Below the pieces are notes generated by a model, which saw only the letters and a list, made by a program, of their open reading frames with translations, made no database searches and was not told the origin of the DNA. From Candidatus Bandiella numerosa (lineage in GTDB: Bacteria; Pseudomonadota; Alphaproteobacteria; Rickettsiales; Midichloriaceae), in the NCBI RefSeq assembly GCF_029981845.1, contig NZ_CP104164.1, positions 1,023,583 to 1,055,582 of the forward strand: 32,000 nt of DNA. Direction: 5' to 3'. The translations under genes and the position numbers were made by a program. Of this stretch, positions 6,166 through 16,619 are shown one piece after another; position 1 is the stretch's first letter, and each line of letters opens with the position of its first letter.

Positions 6166-9100
6166 TTATGCAGCTTTGTTGTATAATAAAATCTCCTTTG
6201 CATCATCTAATGTAATATCTGCTTTTTTTAGATTATTAAAATCATATATACCTAGTAAATTAATATGTCTCCAAGTAATGATAGAACCGTGCTTTATAAT
6301 ATCTATTATCTCCTTTCTTTTTTCTGGGTCACAGCGCATAATTAGTTTTGTAAGCATCAAATAATTCCATAAGATAATTAAATTTTGTATTATCATTTTA
6401 CATTGCACTACTATTTCTTGATCCTCTGTTATACTCTGTGTAAATTCTTGGTTATTAGCAAAAAATATTATTGAAGAAAACCTATTAGATAACTCTCCTT
6501 TATTTAATTGTTTCTCTATTTGCTGCCTTAACTCTACATTATCAATGTACTTTAAGATAAATATGGATTTTATTATTCTACCAAATTCTTTAAGTGCTTC
6601 ATGTAATTGATGTTGTTTTGCATAAGAACTTAACCTACGTAAAATCCTAGAAGCTTGTGTGTTTCTGAGTTTAATTGTTACTATTAATCTTAAAATGCTA
6701 TCCCAGTTTTCTTCTATTACTGAGGTTTTGATATATCTTGCTGGTAAAACAGGAGTTTTGTGTTGCGCCTTGAGTATTTGCTTAGTACTTTTATTAAAAG
6801 CAAATATACTTTGTGCGGCAATATTTTTGATACGTGGAGCAAAATCTACTCCTATTAAATAGCATATAGCAAAGATTATTTCTGTATATCCATGTGTATC
6901 GGTAGAATGGGTATCTATATTCATGTCCGCATTACATAATAATCCATCTATTACATATCCTGCATCACGTTCTGAACTGCTAAAGATAGTTGTATAAAAC
7001 AACATCTGCCTTTCATCTAAAAAAGTATAAACGCTACTACCATGATTTTGGCCAAAATACTTAAATGAAAAATTTGCATTTAAGGATTCAGCCGATACCA
7101 CAAATTTTTTAGCATCCCCAGAACTATGAAGTAACTCTTTATCCTTTAAAAAAAGTGTTGGTAACCATAACTTACTCATAAATTGTATAAAACTTTTATT
7201 TATTGTACTTAAATTTTCTACTGTAAAATACCAATTTACTGTATTATACAATGTATTATAATTGATTCCTTTCGATGTATTTGATAATCTATGTAGTCCC
7301 ATATTAGTTCCTAATCCGAAAATTCCACCATAAAATATTTCTTTAGCAGGTTTTTTGCTTATGTTCTTGACCTTATAATGCTTAAAGCACTCAGTAAAAC
7401 TCAATATCTTATCTATTTCTGAAAAAATTTCCAAAACAGATTTATATTCATTTTTACTCAATAATGAAGAAATTTTATCATGCTCTCCTCTTTCTACTTT
7501 TGGTGTATGTAGTATGAATCTTCCGTTCTTATGAAATCTTATAAATTTGTTTGTTTTATCGGTTATATTACAATTTGTAATATAATATTGTTTTTCTAAT
7601 ATATCTTTTAATTTTAATAACAAATCTTTAATCTTTTTAAAAATTTTCCAACACCAGCTCTTTCTATAAGTGTCTCCTTCTCTTTTTCCCATACGTCATC
7701 TGATATTAAATAGGCTTCTATTGGGAGAAATTTATAAGAATTAAGTAAATTAACTTCTCCACTTTTTATAGCGTCAGATATTTTTGTCAATAGTACTGCT
7801 TTATATAGCGAAACATTGAATTGATCGTTAGTTTTTCCAAAAATAAGTTTCTGTTCTATGTTAGATAAAAATTTTCTAGGGGAAGTACTATTAATATCTC
7901 CTTTCTTCTTTTGATAATCTACAATAGCTTCCATTAGGTTACTAGATTTAGTTTCTGGATTAAATTCTACATAACGTACTATATCAGCAACTCTATTTTG
8001 GATTGTTCTAGAAAAACTTTCTAATACTTTGTAATATTCTGAGTTACTTAGTTCATGTAGTATTTCTTTTTCTAATTCTTGATATTTTTTTAACTCCTCT
8101 GTAGTTATTTGCTCACCTAATATACTTTGAAGTATAGTGATTTTTTCAGCATCCGTTAACTCTTTTAAAAATACTATTTTTCTAATTTTTTCTATACTTT
8201 CTTCTGATCTTTTAAAACCTTCTATTATAGATTGAGTTTTTTTATTCTTTTCCTCATTTTTATCTATTATTTTTTCTTCAATAGCTTTTTCAACTTTGTT
8301 TAATCTCTCTTGAGTGGAACGCAATAGTATATTTACCAGTGTATCTTGCCATGTGCAATATTGATAATTTATAAACGCAGCAAGATAAAGATAAATCTTA
8401 TTAGGATTATTAAGTGTACTAAGTTGTTCTATTCGTGCTTTTATAACCCATATAGCATAATACTTTGTTGCTTCAGGGGATAAATCTAATGATTTTATTA
8501 AAGGCTCTAATTCCTTAAATAAATTTTTTACAATTAAAAACCCTCTGATACTTTGTTTTATATTTTTTGGTCTTAAAGACTGATTTATGTTTTTGAGCCT
8601 TGCAACTAAATTTCTCGCATAAACTCCCTTACTATCATTTTTATCTAACAACGCATCTAATACTTCCTTATGTTCTTCTGTAATATTTATTTCTATTTTC
8701 TTGAGTGATTGAAACTCAAAAAGATTAAATGATTCTGTTATCATTTTAGCAAATACCCTGTAATTAGGCAGTTCTATTTTTTTTGATGTTAAGAAATCTA
8801 TAGCTGCAAAAAATATATTACGAGGGTGCATTTGTTGTGATGCCATATGATTTAACTCTACTTTTAACAAATCTTCATTGCTACTAAAAGAAGTAAAGCC
8901 ACTTATAGATAATATTAATCTTTTATGTTCTCTATATGTACGCTCCTTATAATCACTTATAGCTACCTCTCTATATCCTAATAATTTACTTATAAATATA
9001 ATATCTTTTTTCTTATAATCCTCTTTTTGAAAAAATCTTTTTGTTGCTTTAAAATAACCATATTGTAATAATAAACCTGCTTTTGCTTCTGGCTTTCTAA

Positions 9101-9227
9101 TTTGATATAGTAATTCCTGAAGTATAGGTTCTTGTTTAAAATACTTTTGTTGCTCATTAATGTTAAATATAGGAGGTTTGTCAAAGCTCATAGCTTGCTT
9201 AGGTGGGATTATCTCTATTATTTGCAT
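6166..9227 (-). pseudogene. tnpA: Tn3-family transposase of element A, split by a frameshift (ORFs 7614-9227 and 6166-7692)
   Basis: The two overlapping ORFs (537 + 508 aa) together have the length and layout of a Tn3-type TnpA. The C-terminal DDE region carries SGDAKKF, THSTDTHGYTEI and FAPRIKN-type motifs. The frames switch within 7614-7692, which contains A4T5A5 runs. Confidence 0.85.
6686..7577 (-). repeat. Segment of element A tnpA duplicated in inverted orientation at 13082-13972
   Basis: The translations are identical over about 297 codons in the ORF track. The only difference I found is an A7 run (7148-7154) versus a T6 run (13505-13510) in the other copy. Confidence 0.9.
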
Positions 9228-10089
9228 TACTCTTCTTCCCCTATTAATTCGACTGCTTCTTGCAAATCATTAAAAGAGGGTGTGCAATATATTTTAGTAA
9301 TATCTAAGCTTTCATGTCCTGCTAAAAATGCTACTTTTTCTAATCCTACCCCCATATCAACTAAATTTTTACAAAAACTATGTCTTAGTTGGTGTGGAGT
9401 AACATTTTTTAAATTACTACCTTTCACAATCTTTTTTAACATTAATTGTACTCCTTTGGAGTTAAATTACCTCTTTGTCCTTTAAATATTCTACTCTCTT
9501 TACCAATATTATCTGTATAGCCTATACTCAAAAAGGAATTACGACAATCTTTGTTTAATGGCATTTCTCTCGTTTTATCTCTTTTACCTAATTTCACTAT
9601 TATTTTTTCCTTTTCTCTCGCTTATAGTTATCATATCCCATGTTAACTCACATAACTCATTCACTCTTAAGCCTGTATTTAATAATATTTTTATAATTGC
9701 AACATTTCTTTTATTGGCAGTTTGTTCTACTTTTCTTTGTAATTCGTTTTGTTCTAATCTATCTAACCACTTAAATCCCACCTTTAATTCTTTTACATTT
9801 TTTGGTGTGGGAATATTATATTTTATCTTTTTTGTTCGTACCCCCAGCTTATGAACGCCTTTATACTAGCTATATGTCGATTAATTGTTTTAGGTTTTTT
9901 ATTTTTAATTAATTGTTTTTTGTATAATCTTAAATCTGTAGGGGTGATTTTATCTAATATTAATTTTTCATTATTAGCTTTTAGAAACCATTTTGCAAAA
10001 CTATTTAAATCAGATTGATAATTTTTTATTGTATTCTCACTTTTTTCATTTGCTTTTAAATACTCTAAAAATTTATCAATTATATTCAT
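9227..10089 (-). pseudogene. Tyrosine (XerC/D-, TnpI-like) site-specific recombinase of element A, broken into at least three frames
   Basis: N-terminal SAM-like domain (9823-10089: NTIKNYQSDLNSFAKWF, INRHIASIKAF). Middle piece (9584-9781: AIIKILLNTGLRVNELCELTW, catalytic Arg context). C-terminal piece (9227-9442: HQLRHSF, LAGHESLDITKIY with the catalytic Tyr). The pieces lie in different frames. Confidence 0.8.
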
Positions 10090-10247
10090 AAGTTATTATA
10101 CGATAAGTTTTTTATTAGATAATCTAGCCTAATCTATATCTTATACGATGACTCAGCCTAATAGTCAATATATAATGCCAATTATACGATATGATTTAAA
10201 AAGGAGTATTGTTTTAAGCTTGTCGCTATATAATATATTATACGCTT
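10090..10247. promoter_or_regulatory. Putative internal resolution site / recombinase promoter region of element A
   Basis: Four direct copies of TTATACG(A/C)T at 10096, 10141, 10182 and 10238, immediately upstream of the recombinase ATG (10089). This arrangement recalls the multi-motif resolution sites of Tn4430-type elements. Function is inferred only. Confidence 0.4.
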
Positions 10248-10424
10248 AATATTATAAATATCCAATAATAACATAACTTTATATTCGCCTATTATCCTTT
10301 TATTGAAGAAATATAAAAATATAGGTCATTATAGGTAATATCATAAAAATAATTAATTCCACTATAAATAGAGGTGTTACCTTTAAAAAATTTCTTCCTG
10401 TAACTCACTTTAAATGCAGTATAC

Positions 10425-10467
10425 AGAATTCCTAATACTAGATTTGTCTATATTTGTAATTATACCC
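10425..10467 (-). repeat. Element A terminal inverted repeat, right core
   Basis: The reverse complement reads GGGTATAATTACAAATATAGACAAATCTAGTATTAGGAATTCT, the partner of 5908-5950. It lies inside the first codons of the listed ORF 10414-12894. Confidence 0.8.
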
Positions 10468-12894
10468 AGCATTGTAAAATCAGATCAGAAAGAGTTCGCA
10501 ATAAATGAGATTAGAAGAACTGTGGAGAAAAATCAGTTATTACGGGAGCTTTATCATAAAAGCGTTGAGGTGATTGAAAAACTTGGGATTTCTCAACAGA
10601 ATGTCGAATATTATAATCTATTAGTAAATCAATACAGCGTTCATAAATTGAAAAATCTGAGTGATGTAAATCTAAAAAGACTGTATTTGCTATGCTACGT
10701 AAACAATAGATTTTTAAAAATTAATGATCATCTTATTGCTAGCTTCATTTACAAGGTAAATAAATTTGTGAAAGATGCTGATGAATATCAGAAAGAGGAA
10801 ATATATAAAGAGAAGTTAATTGATAAAGAGAATCGCAAATTAGCAGTCAAAGCCTTATTATTGTACATAGATAAAAAAGTGCAGGATAGTGAACTAAGAA
10901 CAAACGCTTTTAAAGTTGTTGAAGAAAAGAAATTCAAGAAATTTGTGAATGAAATTGCAAATCCTCACTTAACGCCAGATTTTTATAAATGGAAATATTA
11001 CAGCAAGCAATCTTCTGCTATAAAGTTGAATATAAGGTTGATTTTTAAGGTAATAGAGTTTGATAGTGCATCAACAGATATGAATGATGCTATAAAGTTT
11101 TTTAAAAAATATATCACGAGTAATAAATCATTTAGTGATTATAAATTTGAAGAAATTCCAGTAACTTTCATTCCTGCAGCACTAAAAAAATACATCCTTC
11201 TCAAAACAAAATCTGGTAAAAAGAGAATATTATCAGTTGATGCTGATAATTATGAATTTGTACTATATTTAGAGATTGAAAAAGGATTGGACAAGGGAGC
11301 TGTCACAGTTAAAGATAGCTTTAATTACAAATCATTGGATGATGAACTTATAGAACTTAATCTATGGAATAAAGAAAAAGATAATTTTATAACGGGTGTG
11401 TCAGAGCAGTTATTGACCACAGATTTTGATAAATTGATGTTAGTATCTGAGGATTTACTAGATGGTCGCTATAAAGAGGTTAATAAAAGAATAAGTGAAG
11501 GAGTTAATGACAAGATAAAAATCAGATATAATAAAAAAGGAGAAGTTTTGAGTTGGAGGCTGCCGTATAAAAAGGCGGATGATTCAAGCAATAATCCTTT
11601 TTATGACAAGATGAGCTTGCTTGAGTTAGAAGAAGTGATGAGATACACAAATCACCATACCAACTTCATGAAGCATTTTACACATGTACTCCCAAGTTAT
11701 ATCAAAACTACAGCGAAATATTCAGCTATATCAGCATGTTTAGTGGCAAAGGGAACTGGAAGTGATATCCACATAATGAAAGATATTAGCGATATAGATG
11801 AACAAGAGCTTATTTCAACATATAATAATTATATAAGATATGAAACTCTAACCAAAGCTAGTGATGAAATAATCAATGAGGTAGCTAAATTACCGATATT
11901 CATAAAATACAATCTATCAGATTATGGGATTCATGCTTCAGTTGATGGTCAGAAATTAGAAACAAAATACAATACAATCAAAGCTAGACACTCGAAGAAA
12001 TATTATGGATTAGGCAAGGGAATATCAGCTTATACCTTATTCGCTAATTGTTTGCCACTATGTACCAAAATAATCGGAGCTAATGAACATGAAAGCCACT
12101 ATCTTTTAGATGCGTTAAAAAGCAACACAAGTGATATTGAAATTTCTTCAGTATCAGGTGATATGCATAGCATAAACCGAGTTAATTTTGCTCTATTACA
12201 TATTTTTGGCTACAGATTTATGCCTAGATTTAAACAACTTGATCAAAAAGCTCAAAGAAATTTAGTAAGTTTTAAAGACCCAAAAGTATATCAGAAATAC
12301 CTAATCAAGCCTAATAAAAGAGTTAATAAAGAATTAATTAAAAAGGAGTGGGATAATATATTGCGTATTTTTGTAACACTTGCGACAAAGAAAAATACCC
12401 AAAGCAGGATTGTTAGAAAGTTGTCATCATTTAAATCAAATGACACATTAAAAGCATTGATAGAATTAGATAAAATAATAATGAGTCTTTATATTTTGGA
12501 TTATATAGATGACGAACAAATGCGTAAATCTGTGTATCGCTCGTTAAATAGAGGCGAATCTTATCATCAATTAAGAGCTGCAATAGCAAAAATCAGTGGT
12601 AGAAAATTAGCAGGGAAAAATGAAATAGAACTTGTGATTAACAATGAATCTGCTAGATTTATTGCGTTATGTATTATTTTTTATAATGCGTCTCTATTGT
12701 CGAATTTATATGAGTTTTGCCTAGAGAATAATATGACAGAGGAGTGTAGGAAAATTATTAAACTTTCACCCGTTGCTTGGCAGCATATTAGTCTTGTGGG
12801 TAAATACGAATTTAATAGAGATGGTTATGATATCATAAACTTAACTGAAATTGTAAGAAATTTTACGAAAAACTTAAAAGAATATTTGGAATAA
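10468..12894 (+). pseudogene. tnpA: Tn3-family transposase of element B, lacking about the first 200-230 codons
   Basis: Aligns by eye with element A TnpA from its residue ~230 onward (KRLYLLCYVNNRF vs KIYLYLAAFINYQ). The C-terminal DDE region carries HASVDGQK, SGDMHSINRVNF and FMPRFKQL. The apparent start at 10414 is inside the element A IR, so the ORF is chimeric. Confidence 0.85.
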
Positions 12895-13034
12895 AGTAAA
12901 CGGGAGTAGTATTGGAACAAAAATGGCATTTATGAAATTAACAGCTCGCTTGAAGCGCCAATTTATGTGATTTTTTTTAAAATGGATTTTAAAAACCTTA
13001 AATTATATATCTCTGAAGAGCACGGCATTCCATG

Positions 13035-13082
13035 CTTCTAGCTAATTGGTGAAAATTTTCGTACCTTCTGACTGGAAACCCC
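13035..13082 (-). repeat. Element B terminal inverted repeat
   Basis: The reverse complement reads GGGGTTTCCAGTCAGAAGGTACGAAAATTTTCACCAATTAGCTAGAAG. It shares GGGGT, TCAG, ACGAAAA and CAC blocks with the classical Tn3 IR GGGGTCTGACGCTCAGTGGAACGAAAACTCACGTTAAG. Its outer end abuts the element A tnpA fragment. Confidence 0.7.
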
Positions 13083-13972
13083 AAATTGTAATATAACCGA
13101 TAAAACAAACAAATTTATAAGATTTCATAAGAACGGAAGATTCATACTACATACACCAAAAGTAGAAAGAGGAGAGCATGATAAAATTTCTTCATTATTG
13201 AGTAAAAATGAATATAAATCTGTTTTGGAAATTTTTTCAGAAATAGATAAGATATTGAGTTTTACTGAGTGCTTTAAGCATTATAAGGTCAAGAACATAA
13301 GCAAAAAACCTGCTAAAGAAATATTTTATGGTGGAATTTTCGGATTAGGAACTAATATGGGACTACATAGATTATCAAATACATCGAAAGGAATCAATTA
13401 TAATACATTGTATAATACAGTAAATTGGTATTTTACAGTAGAAAATTTAAGTACAATAAATAAAAGTTTTATACAATTTATGAGTAAGTTATGGTTACCA
13501 ACACTTTTTTAAAGGATAAAGAGTTACTTCATAGTTCTGGGGATGCTAAAAAATTTGTGGTATCGGCTGAATCCTTAAATGCAAATTTTTCATTTAAGTA
13601 TTTTGGCCAAAATCATGGTAGTAGCGTTTATACTTTTTTAGATGAAAGGCAGATGTTGTTTTATACAACTATCTTTAGCAGTTCAGAACGTGATGCAGGA
13701 TATGTAATAGATGGATTATTATGTAATGCGGACATGAATATAGATACCCATTCTACCGATACACATGGATATACAGAAATAATCTTTGCTATATGCTATT
13801 TAATAGGAGTAGATTTTGCTCCACGTATCAAAAATATTGCCGCACAAAGTATATTTGCTTTTAATAAAAGTACTAAGCAAATACTCAAGGCGCAACACAA
13901 AACTCCTGTTTTACCAGCAAGATATATCAAAACCTCAGTAATAGAAGAAAACTGGGATAGCATTTTAAGATT
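13083..13972 (+). pseudogene. tnpA: Internal fragment of a second copy of the element A transposase gene (listed ORFs 13198-13512 and 13491-13979)
   Basis: Inverted duplicate of 6686-7576, identical at protein level, with a 1-nt shorter homopolymer causing a frameshift. Its left end is the element B IR. Its right end (13972) joins traG sequence with no recognisable transposon end. Confidence 0.9.
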
Positions 13973-16619
13973 TATCTGAATCTAGTTTTTCATTAATTCC
14001 TAAACTATTTTTTTCTGCAATTTTACTGTTTGTAATTAAATCCTTGCCCGCATTGTCATAAACAGATTTACCGGGGGTTGGATGTACTCCTTGTTTAATA
14101 TTTCCTTGTTCTTGATTAAATACTCCATATTGAGGTAGCTTCTTTTTTTCATCATCACCCAATACTTTGTCCATCACTTCTTGCTCTAATCCCACCTTCC
14201 CTTTTTGATGCTCAGCTTTATAGCCAGCGTCCATATTATTGATAATATCACTTTTCCTAAATCCAGGAATTAAGTCAGAAGATACTTTATTCGCAAACTC
14301 CTGTAGTAATATTCCTTTGTCTGCTGTTTTATCTGGATCAGCCAGCACTTGTATCGCCTTATCTCTGCCATATACCTCTCCATTTACCATTTTTCTATTT
14401 GCCACATAATCTACAAACTGCTCAGTTATATCTTCATTTACTCCTATCCCCAATCTCTCCGCTGTCTGCTTTTGATCTGATATCCTATCTGCTATAGCAT
14501 TATGTATATTTGCCATATTTGAATATCTCTCCATCTGATTTAAACTTGTTTCTAAATTCTCCGTTAGCTTCTTATCTTCTCCACTTCCCTCATTATATCT
14601 CACATCTTTTAAATGTGACGTTCCTACTTCTAAATGCTTTGTGACTCCTTGTGATTCCGCAAGACTCTTTCCTTCCTTTACAGCTTCGTCATATGACCCC
14701 TGACTCGAGAAGCTTGACCCTGCTCCAAATCCAAATATCTTCCCTCCTAAACTAAGTGATATTTCAGCTGCCTGCTTTGCACTATATCCCTTATCTTCTT
14801 GTAGTGAATTTGTAAATTGCGCTGTTTTATTTATACTATCTGCATATCTGCTACTTTCTGATATCTGCCACCCTCTACTTTGTCCCACATTCCTACTCAT
14901 ACTCTCAAGCAATCCTTTTGAATTATTAACTGACATCGCCTTTGCTTCTTCATATTGCTCACTAAAGTTTGCGGCCGCTGACCTCTCCTTAGATATGCTA
15001 CTACTAAAACCACTATCTATAGCTCTTGAGATACTCATCTTATCTGGAAGCCTTGACATATTCATTCCTTCTCCTGCGATCACTCCACTTCTTCCTGCTC
15101 CCGTCATAAACCCCTGTGACCCATCAAATCTTTCCATATCCATTCTTCCTGATTTATAACTAAGTCCCATGTCATGTTTAAATCCAGCTACATTCATCAT
15201 AGCTCTGCCACCATATGACACGCTATTAAGTGCTAGATTACCTGAGCTAACTTCATTTGATGCTGCTGATGCCGCTCCTGATATACCACTCGTCATTGTT
15301 CCCGCTAAATGCATAAATGATCCAACTCCTCCCTGCATCAATGAATATGATATGAATGGTATCGAACTTGTGCAAAATGCCGCTATCGCCTCTATATTAC
15401 CCTGAAGCGTCGTAAGTCCTACTGATGTCATCATGCTTAGCCCATCATTCCCTATGATGCCTTGGGTCTTATACTGCGCAACTGTACTCATTACCATATT
15501 TAATATCGCATATAAAGGTGCCCATAACTGCAGCCATATCAGTATCTGTAAATACTTACCAAGTATATTTATCCCAGTTGGCAACATTACCATTATCGCT
15601 ATAAATATAAATCCCCCATATGCTAAACAATCCATCACCACCTTAAGACCTATTAAAAATCCCGATGCCAATTCTCCTGTAGTTAAATACCAGGCTCTTT
15701 GCTGTATCGCCGCTTTTGATGCTGCATAGTTTAAACTCACATCCTCTATCGCATTTATCATCATCTCTTGCTTCAGTATACTCTCTGCATTTTCTGCAAT
15801 TCCAGACATAAATTGATAACTACTAGTTAACTTCTCATTAAAGTAATTCTCAAATACCACTTCAGATGTTGTTTTATCCCTGTTTGGCATATTTCTCCTT
15901 CCTAAATATCCAGCTACTGCTTTTGTTTCTTTTTCTAAATCTGTAGCCAGTTTTGTCACTCCCTCCTTGCAAGTAACTATATCTGTATGTTTAGTTGCCT
16001 CATCTCTATAACTAAATCCATTAATCGGGTTTGCATTTGTGCTTACTAATTCCCATATATTTTTACTTTCTTTTAAATCTTTAACTGTATACTTACCACC
16101 CATCATCGCCTCAAGCACCACACATTGCTCTATAAACCTGCTCATGTTCTCTTTCAGTACCCCATTCCTGATTCGATACTTATCCATATTCTTCAGAATC
16201 TTTGATGCAAACATCATCCCATTACCTCCGTAACTCTGATAATCTGGTAAACTAAAATACGTCTCAACTAAACCAGTCATGCTGTGACCTATACCACTTA
16301 TTATTCCAGCACTCATCCCAAGTACCCACGGCACATCTCCAACTGGCTTTTCAAATTTAGTTACTGGATCACTAATCATTATATCAGTCTTTGGCGCAAG
16401 CATCAGCGTTGTTGATAACCAAAACCAAAACATCCACTTTATTGGAACCATGGCCTTATTACTAACTATACTTGTAATTAACACCCATATTCCAAATAGC
16501 GTTGCAGCTATGTAAAATGCATATGAATACTCATCATGCTTAAATATTGTAGCTACTGCATTAAATACATACCATAACTGTTCTCCACCTCCGTAACTCC
16601 ATACCGTATAACTACTCAC
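13965..16619 (-). CDS. traG: TraG (F-type, mating-pair stabilisation/pilus assembly), native 3' end lost
   Basis: N-terminus MSSYTVWSYGGGEQLWYVFNAVATIF plus a polytopic membrane region are typical of the F TraG N-domain, followed by a long hydrophilic C-terminal part. The terminal Ser codon and the stop are supplied by the transposase fragment (junction at 13972/13973). Confidence 0.85.
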   Translation of the reverse strand: MSSYTVWSYGGGEQLWYVFNAVATIFKHDEYSYAFYIAATLFGIWVLITSIVSNKAMVPIKWMFWFWLSTTLMLAPKTDIMISDPVTKFEKPVGDVPWVLGMSAGIISGIGHSMTGLVETYFSLPDYQSYGGNGMMFASKILKNMDKYRIRNGVLKENMSRFIEQCVVLEAMMGGKYTVKDLKESKNIWELVSTNANPINGFSYRDEATKHTDIVTCKEGVTKLATDLEKETKAVAGYLGRRNMPNRDKTTSEVVFENYFNEKLTSSYQFMSGIAENAESILKQEMMINAIEDVSLNYAASKAAIQQRAWYLTTGELASGFLIGLKVVMDCLAYGGFIFIAIMVMLPTGINILGKYLQILIWLQLWAPLYAILNMVMSTVAQYKTQGIIGNDGLSMMTSVGLTTLQGNIEAIAAFCTSSIPFISYSLMQGGVGSFMHLAGTMTSGISGAASAASNEVSSGNLALNSVSYGGRAMMNVAGFKHDMGLSYKSGRMDMERFDGSQGFMTGAGRSGVIAGEGMNMSRLPDKMSISRAIDSGFSSSISKERSAAANFSEQYEEAKAMSVNNSKGLLESMSRNVGQSRGWQISESSRYADSINKTAQFTNSLQEDKGYSAKQAAEISLSLGGKIFGFGAGSSFSSQGSYDEAVKEGKSLAESQGVTKHLEVGTSHLKDVRYNEGSGEDKKLTENLETSLNQMERYSNMANIHNAIADRISDQKQTAERLGIGVNEDITEQFVDYVANRKMVNGEVYGRDKAIQVLADPDKTADKGILLQEFANKVSSDLIPGFRKSDIINNMDAGYKAEHQKGKVGLEQEVMDKVLGDDEKKKLPQYGVFNQEQGNIKQGVHPTPGKSVYDNAGKDLITNSKIAEKNSLGINEKLDSDKS

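Larger units (their letters stand above)
5908..10467 (-). mobile_element. Tn3-family transposon, element A (IR - tnpA - tyrosine recombinase - res-like region - IR), both genes inactivated
   Basis: The termini are inverted repeats starting GGG. The element encloses a ~1000-aa Tn3-type transposase and a tyrosine recombinase, in a Tn4430-like order. No 5-bp direct repeat flanks it (left flank ATTAA, right flank AGCAT). Confidence 0.8.
10468..13082 (+). mobile_element. Right-hand part of a second, unrelated Tn3-family element (element B); left part missing
   Basis: Contains an N-terminally truncated Tn3-type transposase and a GGGG-type terminal IR at 13035-13082. It is cut on the left by the element A inverted repeat. 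Confidence 0.7.

Noticed and set aside
9132-9854. Plus-strand ORFs 9132-9485 and 9558-9854
   Set aside because: They are antisense to the fragmented tyrosine recombinase. The products are hydrophobic low-complexity translations without start context.
10096-10246. The repeated TTATACGAT units as a CRISPR array or plasmid iterons
   Set aside because: The repeats are only about 9 bp, with irregular 41-56 bp spacing, no conserved longer repeat and no cas or rep genes. Their location directly upstream of a transposon recombinase fits a resolution site better.
10414-10467. Apparent start of the 826-aa transposase ORF (MQYTEFLILDLSIFVIIP)
   Set aside because: These codons are read from the terminal inverted repeat of element A. 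The ORF is a chimera of IR sequence and an N-terminally truncated element B transposase.
13198-13979. ORFs 13198-13512 and 13491-13979 as independent genes
   Set aside because: They are two frames of an 890-bp internal transposase fragment, identical in translation to 6686-7577. The fragment lacks both the N-terminal and C-terminal parts of the enzyme.
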